The notes under the pieces were generated by a model that was not told where the DNA came from, did not search any database, and saw only the letters and a program-made list of their open reading frames with translations. Position numbers and translations under genes: made by a program. DNA of 64,000 bases from Leptospira sp. GTDB lineage: Bacteria; Spirochaetota; Leptospiria; Leptospirales; Leptospiraceae. Shown here piece after piece: positions 40,158 through 50,846 of this stretch. Location: positions 1 to 64,000 of the forward strand of contig JAWXAQ010000016.1 of the NCBI GenBank assembly GCA_034439575.1. The letters run 5' to 3'. Numbering within the stretch: position 1 is the first letter of the stretch; the number at the start of each line of letters is the position of its first letter.

Positions 40158-40589
40158 ATGAATACAAATATTAAAACTATCATATTGAGCATTTTTTTGG
40201 CTCAATCCCAACTATATGCTATTGATTTGGATGTGGAAATTCAAAATAGAAAATCAAATTCTTCAAGAATCAGTTGCGGACTTTTTGAATCTCCGAATGG
40301 ATTTCCATCTGATTCCGAAAAAAGATTAATGGGAACGATTGCAGAAGTTGGATCAAATCAAACACCAGTTTGTCGCTTTAAGGGATTGGTAGCAAAGAAA
40401 TATGCTGTCGCTGTTTTAGAAGATCTAAATGGAAACGGAACGATGGATAAAACATTGATCGGTTTCCCAAAGGAGCCATGGGGAGTATCAAATAACGCGC
40501 CAATGCATACATTCGGACCACCCACTTTTGAAGAAGCTAATTTTCCACTAACAAAGAATATGTTAATACAAATTAAACTAAACCAGTAA
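40158..40589 (+). CDS. Secreted DUF2141-family protein
   Basis: Signal peptide; YAVAVLEDLNGNGTMD..GFPKEPWGVSNN..GPPTFEEA. Confidence 0.88.
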   Translation: MNTNIKTIILSIFLAQSQLYAIDLDVEIQNRKSNSSRISCGLFESPNGFPSDSEKRLMGTIAEVGSNQTPVCRFKGLVAKKYAVAVLEDLNGNGTMDKTLIGFPKEPWGVSNNAPMHTFGPPTFEEANFPLTKNMLIQIKLNQ

Positions 40590-40594
40590 ATACT

Positions 40595-41383
40595 ATGAAA
40601 CACTTAAAAAAATACAATCAATGGGCTTTGGTAACGGGTGCTAGTGAAGGAATTGGAAAGGATTTTGCAAAGGAACTAGCAAAGCAAGGTTTCTCATTAT
40701 ATCTAGTTGCACGAGGAAATGAAAAATTAGAAATGATTCGTGATGAAATTAAATCGCTGTATGGTTGTACTATTAAAATTGATTCCAAAGACTTAAGTGA
40801 TTCTAATTCCATAGAGGATTTATTTAAGAACACTAAAGATTTAAATTTTGGTTTGATAGTTCTTGCTGCTGGTTTTGGTTCCGGCGGGTCATTTGTAACA
40901 TTGGACGTTCAAAATGAATTAAATATGGTAGACTTGAATTGTCGAAGTGTTGTTCAAATGAGTCATCATTATATCAAGAATGCCTTAGGAAAAAAGGAAT
41001 TAGGTGTAATTCTTTTTGGTTCACTTGTTGGATTCCAAGGAGTTCCTTGGACATCAACATATGCTGCGACGAAAGCCTTTGTACAAAGTTTTGCTGAAGG
41101 TCTTTATGGCGAGTATAAGGGTAAAGGAATTGATATTCTTTCTGTAGCACCTGGCCCCGTCAAATCAGGATTTGGTGGAAGGGCAAGTATGAAAATGGGA
41201 ATGTCGCAATCACCAAATGGAATTGCAAAAAAATCCTTATCTGCACTCGGAAATACCGCAACGATTCGGCCAGGATTTCTTTCCAAGTTTTTAGGTTACT
41301 TCCTGGCTACGGCTCCCAGGAGAATGAGATCGTTTATATTAAAACAAATCATGTCGTCTATGGTATTTGCAGGTAAAAAATGA
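40595..41383 (+). CDS. Short-chain dehydrogenase/reductase
   Basis: TGASEGIG; YAATK. Confidence 0.93.
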   Translation: MKHLKKYNQWALVTGASEGIGKDFAKELAKQGFSLYLVARGNEKLEMIRDEIKSLYGCTIKIDSKDLSDSNSIEDLFKNTKDLNFGLIVLAAGFGSGGSFVTLDVQNELNMVDLNCRSVVQMSHHYIKNALGKKELGVILFGSLVGFQGVPWTSTYAATKAFVQSFAEGLYGEYKGKGIDILSVAPGPVKSGFGGRASMKMGMSQSPNGIAKKSLSALGNTATIRPGFLSKFLGYFLATAPRRMRSFILKQIMSSMVFAGKK

Positions 41384-41853
41384 GGATATTTTCATTTATG
41401 ATCTTCTTTTCTATGTTTCAATGGATTTTAAATTGTGCGATCTCTTCACCTTTTCAAAAGAGTTCCAAAATTGCCCAGTATAACCTAACACCTGATTCTA
41501 TAGTAACTGTTGCTCTCACTGAAGTGGATATTTATGGTTCATATTCGGACAAGTCTACTTTTTGGGATCGAGTATCATCTGTTAGAAGTAGCCTTGAGGA
41601 AAATGATGGCTATTTAGCTTCTGCTATTCGCAAAGAAATTTTTGGTTCCCGAGCATGGACTATGACAATATGGAAAAATGATGAAGCATTAGAACAATTT
41701 ATATATTCAAGAGCGCATGAGCGTGCCATGAAGGATGGTGCGCCGGCGGTAAAGAATTCTAAGTTTTATAGGTCACAAAGAACTTGGAAGGAATTACCAA
41801 TGGCTTGGGAAGTAGTAGAGAAATTGATTTACGAAGAAGGAAGAATGGAATGA
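41380..41853 (+). CDS. Lipoprotein with a DUF3291/ABM-like dimeric alpha-beta barrel
   Basis: Lipobox WILNC; AWTMTIWKNDEALEQFIYSRAHERAM. Confidence 0.6.
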   Translation: MRIFSFMIFFSMFQWILNCAISSPFQKSSKIAQYNLTPDSIVTVALTEVDIYGSYSDKSTFWDRVSSVRSSLEENDGYLASAIRKEIFGSRAWTMTIWKNDEALEQFIYSRAHERAMKDGAPAVKNSKFYRSQRTWKELPMAWEVVEKLIYEEGRME

Positions 41854-41985
41854 TTTTTCGATTAATTTATATCAAATATTTCAGTTTATAAAAATAATTA
41901 TTTAAGTAAAAAAATTATTCTTCTCGGGCAATTCGTAGAGAGCCTCTAAGTTTGACTTTCTACAGGCCGTCTTACGATAGGACTA

Positions 41986-43413
41986 ATGAGAACATGGAAC
42001 GGCCGTAAGTTTGCAATTGGAGTAACAGTTGCTTTTCTTTTTTCGCAGTGTTCCTTACCGAAAATCGATGACAGTTTACTTATATATGATGTTTATTTTC
42101 GTATTTTAAGAAGTTCCCAACCACAAACAGCAACTGGGCAACAAACAAATAACCCCGTGCAGACAAATTCAGATCAGTCAGGAGCGAGCCAAGAAGTGGG
42201 AAGGGCAATTTCTGGGAATGTCGTGGGATTATTATCAATTGGCCTGAGACTTAGAAATTCTGATGGGAAAGAAACAATTTTAAATCCAGGGCAAACCAAC
42301 TTTTCAATTCAAAATACACAATTAGGCACTTATTCAGTCACCATTCAAAGGCAAGCTCTTGGACAAAGATGCGTACTTACCAATCCAGCTGGGGATAGTC
42401 AAGTGAATGTAACAGATATTACGGTAACATGTTCTGGGATAGGGGAAGCTGGGATGGGTTTATGGGATACGGGAGTGACCCAATGTTATGCGAACACGAA
42501 TTCGAGTGCGGGTGTTTGCCCGAACGCAGCCTTCCCCGGGCAAGATGGGGTAAGCGCACCAACAATGGCTCGTTCCTTTACCGTGCGTGGCGATGGAAAT
42601 ATCAAAGACAATGTAACGGGTCTTATCTGGAGACCTTGTATTGTTGGTTATAGTGGTGCCAATTGTTCCGTCGGTATTGCCACGACTTCCAATTTCGCCA
42701 CAGCGCAGACTAAATGCGGTGCATTGCCCTGGAGAGTCCCAACCCCCAAAGAGCTGATGAGTATTATCGATTTTATGAATCCAGGATATGGTATCAATTC
42801 AAATTTCCCAAACCACCCTGGGGGATTTTATTTGTGGTCCAATTTGGATATGGGAATCATTTTTGCTCATGGCTTGAGTATAGATACTGGACGAATCGAA
42901 TTAGTCAATACAGGTAGTACAATATTAGGGCATGTGCAATGTGTAAATGATTCCGAAGTTGTAAGTGTCACCGAGAATTTCACTGATTTAGGAAATGGTA
43001 TCATTCGTGACGAAGTGAATGGTTTAGAATGGGAAAAATGCATCGAAGGATTGTCAGGTGCCAATTGCAATGTTGGTACTTATTCTTCACAATTCTGGCA
43101 AAACCGATTGACGTATTGTGATAACTTAACCTTAGGTGGATTTTCAGATTGGCGTATGCCTGATATATATGAACTAACAAGCTTGGTTGATTTTACGAGA
43201 TTCGCACTTGCTACAACCTTAAATCCGATTTTTGTAGGAAGTCCCAGAGAAGTGTATCATTCTTCCACAACAACTGGAAATGGGAATTTCCATTCGGGCA
43301 GTCATTACAATTCTGTAGGAAATGCACCTTTTATCACTGGAAGTTTTGCTGCTAGTAATGAAAAAAACCAAAGCCATCCAACGCGGTGTGTGCGTGGTCC
43401 TATTGTTCGGTGA
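41986..43413 (+). CDS. DUF1566 (Lcl-like) tandem-domain lipoprotein
   Basis: Lipobox FSQC; two repeats (DNVTGLIW..WRVPTPKELMSI and DEVNGLEW..WRMPDIYELTSL); C-terminal RCVR. Confidence 0.85.
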   Translation: MRTWNGRKFAIGVTVAFLFSQCSLPKIDDSLLIYDVYFRILRSSQPQTATGQQTNNPVQTNSDQSGASQEVGRAISGNVVGLLSIGLRLRNSDGKETILNPGQTNFSIQNTQLGTYSVTIQRQALGQRCVLTNPAGDSQVNVTDITVTCSGIGEAGMGLWDTGVTQCYANTNSSAGVCPNAAFPGQDGVSAPTMARSFTVRGDGNIKDNVTGLIWRPCIVGYSGANCSVGIATTSNFATAQTKCGALPWRVPTPKELMSIIDFMNPGYGINSNFPNHPGGFYLWSNLDMGIIFAHGLSIDTGRIELVNTGSTILGHVQCVNDSEVVSVTENFTDLGNGIIRDEVNGLEWEKCIEGLSGANCNVGTYSSQFWQNRLTYCDNLTLGGFSDWRMPDIYELTSLVDFTRFALATTLNPIFVGSPREVYHSSTTTGNGNFHSGSHYNSVGNAPFITGSFAASNEKNQSHPTRCVRGPIVR

Positions 43414-44647
43414 TACCAAACTTTTGTTTAATGATACTTCTTTCTATTTGAGAGGGACAAAAATTTAAACAGGTTTGCAAATGAAAATTTGCTTTGCTAA
43501 CATCTACTGATTGATACAATTTTGATAAGAGTAAATGGTAAAGATGATTCTCACCTAAACCATTTAAGGTGAGAAGTTCGTTAATGCCCGCATTCACTCC
43601 GCACACTTTACTTAAAACGAAGGCTTTATTCATGGCGACTATTGGACTATAACTTATGTTAAACAATTTTTCATAAAGACTCAATAAATGACTCCATTTA
43701 GTAGGTGAGTCCTCAATGGTATGTAGGTAAGCAATCATTGCTTGGATTTGGTATTCACCATTAGTATCGCTTGAAATGGATTTTGATAAATAAAAATGGC
43801 CTTTTTGAATCAGTTCTGTTGACCATTTTGATTTATCTTGTTCCTCTAAAGTAAAAATTTCTCCCGTATCCGACATACGGCTCTCAAATCTAGAACTATG
43901 ATAACACATGATAGCAAGTAGGGCATTGACATTTGGCAAATTTGTCATTTGGTTTTCTGTGAGTAATATGGTTAGTCTCATCGCTTCCAGGCAAAGATCT
44001 TTTCTCAGTATGGTTTCTTTCGAAGAAGAATAATATCCTTCATTAAATAATAAATAAATGCACTTGAGAACTCGGTCCAATCTTTCGGTGAGTAAATTTG
44101 GTTCTGGGAATTCTAAATTCATTTTGGAAAATCGAATTTTTTCACGAGCACGATATAGACGTTTGTTGACAGTATCTTTTGAAATTAAAAAAGATCTGGA
44201 TATTTCGTCAATGGAGAATGCGCATAATGTCTTCAATGCGAGTGCAATTTGAGAATCTTCATGAATATCTGGATGGCAGATGCAAAAAAACATCTTAAGT
44301 TGCGTATCTTCGATTTCTTTTTGCCCTTCTTCTAATTTTGAAATAATCGAATATTCTAAAGGAAAAATATTCGTATTTTCTTTAATAATTTTATCATACA
44401 AATTTTCTCTTTTGATTTGGTTAATAATTTTATTTTTTGCAACTGAATACAACCATGCGGTCGGTTTTTCAGGTAATCCATTTAATTTCCAGGAGTTTAG
44501 GGCAGAAATAAAAGTATCTTGGACAATGTCTTCGACTAGGTCAACGCGATGGAACCCATAAATTTTTACTAGTACTGCGATCATCTTTCTCGCTTCGTTT
44601 CGAAAAAGATGATCGAAGTCACTTTGTTTGTCTAAAGATTCTTTCAA
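43400..44647 (-). CDS. ECF sigma factor with a long TPR-like C-terminal extension (ECF42-type)
   Basis: EDIVQDTF..AWLYSVAKNK, FFCICHP, YLLFNEGY, LCLEAMRL; adjacent YciI/DGPF gene. Confidence 0.9.
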   Translation of the reverse strand: MKESLDKQSDFDHLFRNEARKMIAVLVKIYGFHRVDLVEDIVQDTFISALNSWKLNGLPEKPTAWLYSVAKNKIINQIKRENLYDKIIKENTNIFPLEYSIISKLEEGQKEIEDTQLKMFFCICHPDIHEDSQIALALKTLCAFSIDEISRSFLISKDTVNKRLYRAREKIRFSKMNLEFPEPNLLTERLDRVLKCIYLLFNEGYYSSSKETILRKDLCLEAMRLTILLTENQMTNLPNVNALLAIMCYHSSRFESRMSDTGEIFTLEEQDKSKWSTELIQKGHFYLSKSISSDTNGEYQIQAMIAYLHTIEDSPTKWSHLLSLYEKLFNISYSPIVAMNKAFVLSKVCGVNAGINELLTLNGLGENHLYHLLLSKLYQSVDVSKANFHLQTCLNFCPSQIERSIIKQKFGITEQ

Positions 44648-44991
44648 ATGGCAAAAGGTGTAATTGGTCTCACTTCAAGACTACCATGCTCATAATCCAA
44701 AATCGGACATTTTTTACCAATTTCCAAAGCTTCATCCAATGATTCCGCTTTGCAAATTAAATATCCCGCTAAAATTTCCTTCACTTCCACGTATGGACCA
44801 TCTGTAACGCCTGTATTGCGCAAAACTTTGCCTTCATAATCAAGAGGTTGGGTTGCCACAAATTTTCCTTTTTGGATGATTTCTCCAATCCATGATTCCC
44901 ATTTTGGCATAGTGGCTTTCATTTCATCGGGTGAAAGTATATAACCGTCGTTACCTGTTTGATTTCTAAATAATAAAATGAATTCTTTCAT
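44644..44991 (-). CDS. YciI/DGPF-domain protein
   Basis: TDGPYVEVKEILAGY..CP..EVRP. Confidence 0.9.
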   Translation of the reverse strand: MKEFILLFRNQTGNDGYILSPDEMKATMPKWESWIGEIIQKGKFVATQPLDYEGKVLRNTGVTDGPYVEVKEILAGYLICKAESLDEALEIGKKCPILDYEHGSLEVRPITPFAI

Positions 44992-45002
44992 TTGTGTTTC
45001 CT

Positions 45003-45416
45003 TTACTTTTTTTCACTCAATTTTTTATCTAAAGCTCCGACAATAGCTCCCATAATTGAGAGTTCTATCAAACCATAAACAAACCATTGGAGAGCCAGGG
45101 CATTTGGAATCGGTAAAACTATATAATTTGTATACGCATACCAAAATCTTGAGATTAGACCGAGAGAAATGCCAATTAAGAGACCTTTCTTTCCATCTAA
45201 TGAACCTTGGTAAATGTTTGTTAGTAGTGTAAATGCCACACTATGCACCAGATAAATCAAAAGAAACAAAGGAGCCTTGGCCGCTAGTTCTTCGCTGGAA
45301 CGCCAAATTGTTTGTAGCGAATTATAAGTTTCGTTGAGCAAAAGTTGGTTGATGACTGTTTCGAAAACGGCCAGCAATAGAAACGTGGTAATAAAAATAA
45401 TCAGATTCTTTTTCAT
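45003..45416 (-). CDS. Hypothetical four-TM membrane protein
   Basis: RBS AGGAGG before ATG 45416; hydrophobic segments. Confidence 0.7.
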   Translation of the reverse strand: MKKNLIIFITTFLLLAVFETVINQLLLNETYNSLQTIWRSSEELAAKAPLFLLIYLVHSVAFTLLTNIYQGSLDGKKGLLIGISLGLISRFWYAYTNYIVLPIPNALALQWFVYGLIELSIMGAIVGALDKKLSEKK

Positions 45417-45443
45417 AGAATCCTCCTGTTTAAGTTTTAAGGA

Positions 45444-45471
45444 AGACAATCCATTTTGGAAATATAGGACA
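45444..45471 (-). promoter_or_regulatory. Candidate ECF-dependent promoter
   Basis: Minus strand TGTC-19 nt-TGTC upstream of the ECF42 operon. Confidence 0.4.
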
Positions 45472-45883
45472 GGTGCAGGGAAAAAAAATTGGGGAAATTA
45501 TGCTAAAATTTGAATTTTTTTCATATTAAAAATGAATCTAGAATATCGATTTAAATGTGAACTGGAAATTTTCGCTTTTCACATTTATGTGATTTTGGCG
45601 ATTTGGAGCAATCGCTCACCCGTCTTTTTTTCTTTGGTAGTTTAACATTGAGACTTAAATATTAATTTAGCTAAAATCAAATTATCATAGAATCTGCTCA
45701 TTGATATAAAAATGGAAACCACAATTCACGTTTCGATTAGTGATTCCTTCTAAGGAAGAAGACAAAGAAATTAAGAAACTTCTTGCCGTGATTAAAGCAG
45801 AGGAAAAGAAAAATAGACCGATTGATTATAGTAAATATACTTATCAAGATGGAACACCTGTTAAATCTTATTTGTCTTTATTA

Positions 45884-45997
45884 TTATAATTTCAAAAACT
45901 TAATCTTCTCCCAGTATTCTTCCAAAATCTCCGTATCAACCGACCTTTCTGCTAGTTCTTCCAATTGAATTTTACAATCGATGATCGGGTGTTTCAT
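45884..45997 (-). CDS. Possible 37-aa small protein
   Basis: RBS AAGGAG; MKHPIIDCKIQLEELAERSVDTEILEEYWEKIKFLKL. Confidence 0.35.
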   Translation of the reverse strand: MKHPIIDCKIQLEELAERSVDTEILEEYWEKIKFLKL

Positions 45998-46089
45998 GAT
46001 GCTCTCCTTACATATTGAGTATCTTTATATTTGATTGCTAACTTTTTAGAATTAAATTCAAATATAAATTTCGACCCGGTCTATACCAC

Positions 46090-46413
46090 CTAATCCCAAT
46101 TTCCAATTTGGATTCCTTCATTCATTTTCGTATTACATTTCGGACAAAGTTTGTTCCAATCATCAAGATGTTCGAATTTTTTACATATCGGACAATATGT
46201 TTGCGATCTCAAAAGTTTTAATCTCGTTGGTGATAAATGATTTAAATTTTTTTCACCATAGAAAGATTCATATAGATCTTTATCAACTACATCTACTAAT
46301 TGTTTACATTGGTGACAAATCTTTAGTTTGTGAGCAGATAACATTCCTATCCCGTCATAACTAGTAAACTCATAATGGCATTGCAAGCATTGAAAGAGTA
46401 TAATCTCACCCAT
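46090..46413 (-). CDS. Hypothetical protein with four CxxC motifs (zinc ribbon)
   Basis: CLQC, CHQC, CPIC, CPKC; RBS GAGGA. Confidence 0.7.
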   Translation of the reverse strand: MGEIILFQCLQCHYEFTSYDGIGMLSAHKLKICHQCKQLVDVVDKDLYESFYGEKNLNHLSPTRLKLLRSQTYCPICKKFEHLDDWNKLCPKCNTKMNEGIQIGNWD

Positions 46414-46587
46414 AAATCTTTTCCTCTTATATAAGATATTGTATCAAGTAGCTGGGACAAATTTGGGAATATTACTACGGCAAAGAGATTTTTTAGATTT
46501 TTGTTAGGTTTGATTGTTTAAATTCTATAATTTTCAAATGGAAGAGAAGACTTAAATTTAAATTAGACCTATCAAGCGTTAAGTTAA

Positions 46588-46950
46588 ATACTTCGAGATA
46601 ATTACTTTTTTAACACTAGTCGCCTTTCTAAAGTTATAAATACTTATTCAGTTCTTATGGCTGATGAAGCATATAGTTCCCTTTATGGAAAGTATAGAAA
46701 CGTAAGACTTATTAATCATTCCTTAAAAGCTAAAAGAAAGATACATAGTTTTTCTAAAGAGAGATGGAGCAAAGAGGGAGTTAATACTAACTCGGTAGAA
46801 GGTGCTAATGGTGTTCTGAAAAGTGCGATGAGGCAGTATCGTTGGTTTAACTGTAAATACAGTCAGCTTTACTTGAACGAATTTGCAGTGGCTAAGAATA
46901 TAAAGTTTTTCAATGTAGAAAAAAGATTATATTCGGTGAGAATCTATTAG
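46588..46950 (+). mobile_element. IS1595-family (ISXO2-like DDE) transposase remnant
   Basis: MADEAY..INHS..NTNSVEG..LK..Y..YLNEF matches the C-terminal half of DDE_Tnp_IS1595; the N-terminal half is absent. Confidence 0.7.
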
Positions 46951-46987
46951 AAGGTTTTTGCGGAAATGAGATAGGAGAGGAGTAAAA

Positions 46988-47449
46988 ATGTCACGTCCTT
47001 TTAAAGTTTTAGGAATCCAACAGGTAGCAATTGGCGGTGAGTCAAAGGAAAAATTGAGTAAATTCTGGGTCGAAGTCATGGGACTGACTAAGGTTTCAGA
47101 TTACAAAAGCGAAAAGGAAAATGTGGATGAGGACATCCTTTCCATGGGAAATGGGCTATACAAAGTAGAAATAGATTTAATGCAACCTATTGACCCAAAC
47201 AAAAGCCCCAAGGTTCATGATCCAAAGTTAAATCATATTGGACTTTGGATTGATGATTTGGCAAAGGCTGTGGAATGGCTTACTGCTAAAGGTGTTCGTT
47301 TCACTCCTGGTGGGATTCGCAAAGGTGCCGCAGGATATGATGTTTGTTTCATACACCCGAAAGGAAATGAGGAATTCCCTTTATCCAGTGAAGGTGTGTT
47401 AGTTGAGTTAGTGCAAGCACCAGTAGATGTGATCAAAGCCCTAAGTTAA
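46988..47449 (+). CDS. VOC/glyoxalase-family protein (methylmalonyl-CoA epimerase-like)
   Basis: [30 protein letters not shown]. Confidence 0.88.
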   Translation: MSRPFKVLGIQQVAIGGESKEKLSKFWVEVMGLTKVSDYKSEKENVDEDILSMGNGLYKVEIDLMQPIDPNKSPKVHDPKLNHIGLWIDDLAKAVEWLTAKGVRFTPGGIRKGAAGYDVCFIHPKGNEEFPLSSEGVLVELVQAPVDVIKALS

Positions 47450-48561
47450 AGTTTCATAAACTTTAGATATTCGATTTGAAGAGATACAAATTTTGCTGTG
47501 GGCAGTCCATAAAAAGTTTGAATTTGTTTCAGACTATCATCTAAAGTTTCTATAACATTTAAAGAAGGAGAGATTTGAATCACACGATTCATCTCTTCTT
47601 TTTTGTTTTTGCCCGCTTGGGGAAGGATTGTTAAACCATGTTTGGTTATCACTTTCTCATCTGTGATTGCAAAAACATTTGATTTATAAGTTCTAGAAAA
47701 ACTGTCCGAAATAAGTGCTAGTTTCACCTCGTCAATATTAGGTGCAATCGGTATACCAATATCTTCATAATTCCAAAATAGAATTAAATTTTTAGCTGCA
47801 GTTAGAATATGATCGCCAGATAGTTTGAAGACTTCGCTCTCATGAGAATTTCCCCATTCAACTAAACCATAACTCTGCGCAAGACTTTGTGCTTTTTTGG
47901 TTCCAAGTATAGCTTCAACAATGGCAAGAGAAATGGGAATGGATGCGGTTACGCCTGTCGTCGTAATGATATTTCCATCCATATGGTATCGTTTGTTTTT
48001 TAACCAAGTGGTATCTTGGAATTTTTCTTCCAATGTTTCAAATGAATACCAATGACCAACAGCTTTTTTTTCCGAAAGTAAACCAGCATGCGCAAGCACC
48101 CATACACCATCACAAACTCCAGTGATAGTGGCACCTAATTTGTGTTGCTTTGTGATCCAATTGATAAGCGCAGGATTTTCTACATCATGAACTGCTGGCA
48201 CAAAAACGAAATCAGCACCTAACGGATTGATGCTATCAAATTGGGAAATGGTATAATTTGTTTCTATCGTGAGAGCCGGAAACATTTTCATGGGGCCGGC
48301 TTCCGTCGATAGAGCATAAGTATCACCCGCATTTGAATCTTTCAAAATTCCAAATGGTATCACAAAATCAGTAAGTTCTGTATACGAATTAATTCCGACC
48401 ACAGCAATTATGGGTTTTTGTCTCCCAAATCTGGGTGTATATTTGATTTGATCTGATTCCCCGAAAAAATCAGATTTAATATTTTGTTTTTCATTATCTG
48501 CACAATTTGTCAGATTCAGCAGAACAAATAGGCTAACAATAATTAGATAAAATTTTATCAT
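47446..48561 (-). CDS. DJ-1/PfpI-family lipoprotein
   Basis: Lipobox [33 protein letters not shown]. Confidence 0.85.
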   Translation of the reverse strand: MIKFYLIIVSLFVLLNLTNCADNEKQNIKSDFFGESDQIKYTPRFGRQKPIIAVVGINSYTELTDFVIPFGILKDSNAGDTYALSTEAGPMKMFPALTIETNYTISQFDSINPLGADFVFVPAVHDVENPALINWITKQHKLGATITGVCDGVWVLAHAGLLSEKKAVGHWYSFETLEEKFQDTTWLKNKRYHMDGNIITTTGVTASIPISLAIVEAILGTKKAQSLAQSYGLVEWGNSHESEVFKLSGDHILTAAKNLILFWNYEDIGIPIAPNIDEVKLALISDSFSRTYKSNVFAITDEKVITKHGLTILPQAGKNKKEEMNRVIQISPSLNVIETLDDSLKQIQTFYGLPTAKFVSLQIEYLKFMKL

Positions 48562-48599
48562 TTCTGAATTTCCATGAAATAATCTAATATTTTAAAACT

Positions 48600-49562
48600 C
48601 TAAACCTTCGGATTCCGTTTTCCTTTTGAAAAAACAGTCCATACTAGATAAAAGAAAATGGCCAAACTTGTCAGTATAACAAATTGAGCAAGATGAATCA
48701 CTGTCGCAAAAACGAATCCTTCATCGGATGCGCGTCCGAGTAATAAAAAACCATAAATGACTGATGCATGAAACACACCAATGCCAGAAGGAGCAGAGGG
48801 TATGGCAACACCCAAGGCTCCGACAAACATAATTAAAAGTATTTCTGGATAATCCAAATGGATTCCAATCATTTGACTTGTAAACCAGTAAGAGAGCGCA
48901 TAACCAAATAACCATGTTGGAAATGTAATCATTAAAGGCCAAATGAGTTTTCTGCCTTTTAAGAATTCACTAAATTCAATAAGATGATGATCCAAAGTTT
49001 TGAGATAAAATTCTTCTTGTTTAATGAGTCCGAACAAAACTTTTAACAAATTGCGAATTGGTTCTAAAAATAACCTAAGTGCTATTAGACCACCAAACAT
49101 AGCAATCAGAACAAAACAGGATATATAAACAAGGCTTAGATTTTTGTTTTCTCCAAGACCTAGGAAAAATAGGGCACTCACACCAATGAGGACCACCATA
49201 CCGAGATCCATAACTTTTTCTAAAAAGATTTTTGAAAGCAAATTGGGAAGTGGAAGTCCTGAATCATTTTTATTGATTAAAAGGCGAATCAAATCTCCGC
49301 CCCGAGCAGGCAAAACCATATTAAGTCCAACACCAATGACAGAAGAAGAATAGGCACTTTTGAAAGAAATATTTTTATCCAATAACAAATACCATCGGTA
49401 TGTGAAAGGAATATAAGACCATAGATTTGAAAGGATTAAAAAGAAAAGATACTTCCATTGAATATTTCCTTTTAATTTTTCAAATGCATTCAAATCAAAA
49501 TTTTTCAAAAGAAAGTAGATTGCGATTGCGGAGATGGTAACACCTAATATCCATTTTTTCAT
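48600..49562 (-). CDS. Lysylphosphatidylglycerol synthase TM-domain (flippase-like) protein
   Basis: RWYLLL, NMVLPARGGDLIR, EKVMD, PSAPSGIGVFH. Confidence 0.88.
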   Translation of the reverse strand: MKKWILGVTISAIAIYFLLKNFDLNAFEKLKGNIQWKYLFFLILSNLWSYIPFTYRWYLLLDKNISFKSAYSSSVIGVGLNMVLPARGGDLIRLLINKNDSGLPLPNLLSKIFLEKVMDLGMVVLIGVSALFFLGLGENKNLSLVYISCFVLIAMFGGLIALRLFLEPIRNLLKVLFGLIKQEEFYLKTLDHHLIEFSEFLKGRKLIWPLMITFPTWLFGYALSYWFTSQMIGIHLDYPEILLIMFVGALGVAIPSAPSGIGVFHASVIYGFLLLGRASDEGFVFATVIHLAQFVILTSLAIFFYLVWTVFSKGKRNPKV

Positions 49563-49593
49563 ATCATTTTTGCCTTTTTTCTCATTTGATGTA

Positions 49594-49944
49594 TTAACCT
49601 GGAGGCCAAGTCATATGCCTTCCACCTAGCAGATGAAAGTGTATATGGTGAACAGTTTGACCACCAAAATCACCACAATTATTTACAATACGATAACCTT
49701 TTTCGTTAGTTCCAAACTCTTTTGCGAGTAATTTTATACGGTGTAAAATTTTACCAATCAGTAAAGTATCATCCTCTGAGATTTCATCGATACTTTTGAT
49801 ATGCTTTTTCGGGATCACTAAAATATGTAAGGGTGCTACAGGAGTTATATCGTGGAACGCTAAGATATCTTCATCTTCAAAGACTTTTTTTGATGGAATT
49901 GATCCACTTATGATTTTACAAAAAAGACAATCTGTTTCTGACAT
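49594..49944 (-). CDS. Histidine triad (HIT) nucleotide-binding protein
   Basis: CLFCKII; GQTVHHIHFHLLGGRHMTWPPG. Confidence 0.96.
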   Translation of the reverse strand: MSETDCLFCKIISGSIPSKKVFEDEDILAFHDITPVAPLHILVIPKKHIKSIDEISEDDTLLIGKILHRIKLLAKEFGTNEKGYRIVNNCGDFGGQTVHHIHFHLLGGRHMTWPPG

Positions 49945-50846
49945 TATTTATTTTGGAAAAATAAACTTGCAGCACCTAAACTTCCTGCAAGATTTCCTCC
50001 GACTCCTATTTTCAATCGATCATTTAACACAGTAAATATTTTTTCCCGAATAAGTGATTCAAGTTTGGTTCCAAAAAGATCCCAAGCTTTTGTGATGCCA
50101 CCGACAAATACCACGGCCTCAGGATTTAAAAGGTGAATCGCAGATCGTATCGTTTCTGCCAAGGCAAGTACAGAAAAATTTAATATTTTTTCTGCATCTT
50201 TATCTCCCTTTTTAATCTGGAGAAAAAAAGATTCTGCATCCGACAAAGTAACATTTGTGAGCTCTTTGTATCTTGCTAAAAAGCCTTTGGTAGAAAAGTA
50301 AGCTTCCACACAACCTTTTTGTCCACAACCACAAAGAGCTCCATCTATAACGGCTGTCATATGCCCAATTTCGATTCCATTGCCTTGGAAACCAGAATAA
50401 AGTTTCCCTTCATTTACAAATCCGCCACCGAGACCTGTTCCTAAAGTTAAAATAAGTAGGGAAGATGAATTTTTATAAGTTCCAAAAATGGCTTCACCAA
50501 GTGCTGCGCAATTAGCATCATTTTCATAAAGGACAGGAAGATTATACTTTGATTCTAGAAATGATTTTATTTTGACATTATGAAGGGTTTGCATATTTGC
50601 ACTTTCAATTAAGATCCCTTTTTCATTATCAAGTGGACCTGGAGAACCAATCCCGATTCCGGAAATAGAAAATTCTTGAACCAATGGTGATATGGAATGA
50701 TTTACTGCTTCAAGGAATGTATCGTTTGTTAAAGTATTCGGTATAACGACAGTATTGTGCTTTAATTCGGCACCAAACGCATCATAGACTCCTGATTTGA
50801 TTGAGCCACCACCAATATCGACTCCGACTATGTATTTTTCTTTCAT
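49944..50846 (-). CDS. ROK-family sugar kinase (glucokinase-like)
   Basis: [37 protein letters not shown]. Confidence 0.93.
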   Translation of the reverse strand: MKEKYIVGVDIGGGSIKSGVYDAFGAELKHNTVVIPNTLTNDTFLEAVNHSISPLVQEFSISGIGIGSPGPLDNEKGILIESANMQTLHNVKIKSFLESKYNLPVLYENDANCAALGEAIFGTYKNSSSLLILTLGTGLGGGFVNEGKLYSGFQGNGIEIGHMTAVIDGALCGCGQKGCVEAYFSTKGFLARYKELTNVTLSDAESFFLQIKKGDKDAEKILNFSVLALAETIRSAIHLLNPEAVVFVGGITKAWDLFGTKLESLIREKIFTVLNDRLKIGVGGNLAGSLGAASLFFQNK

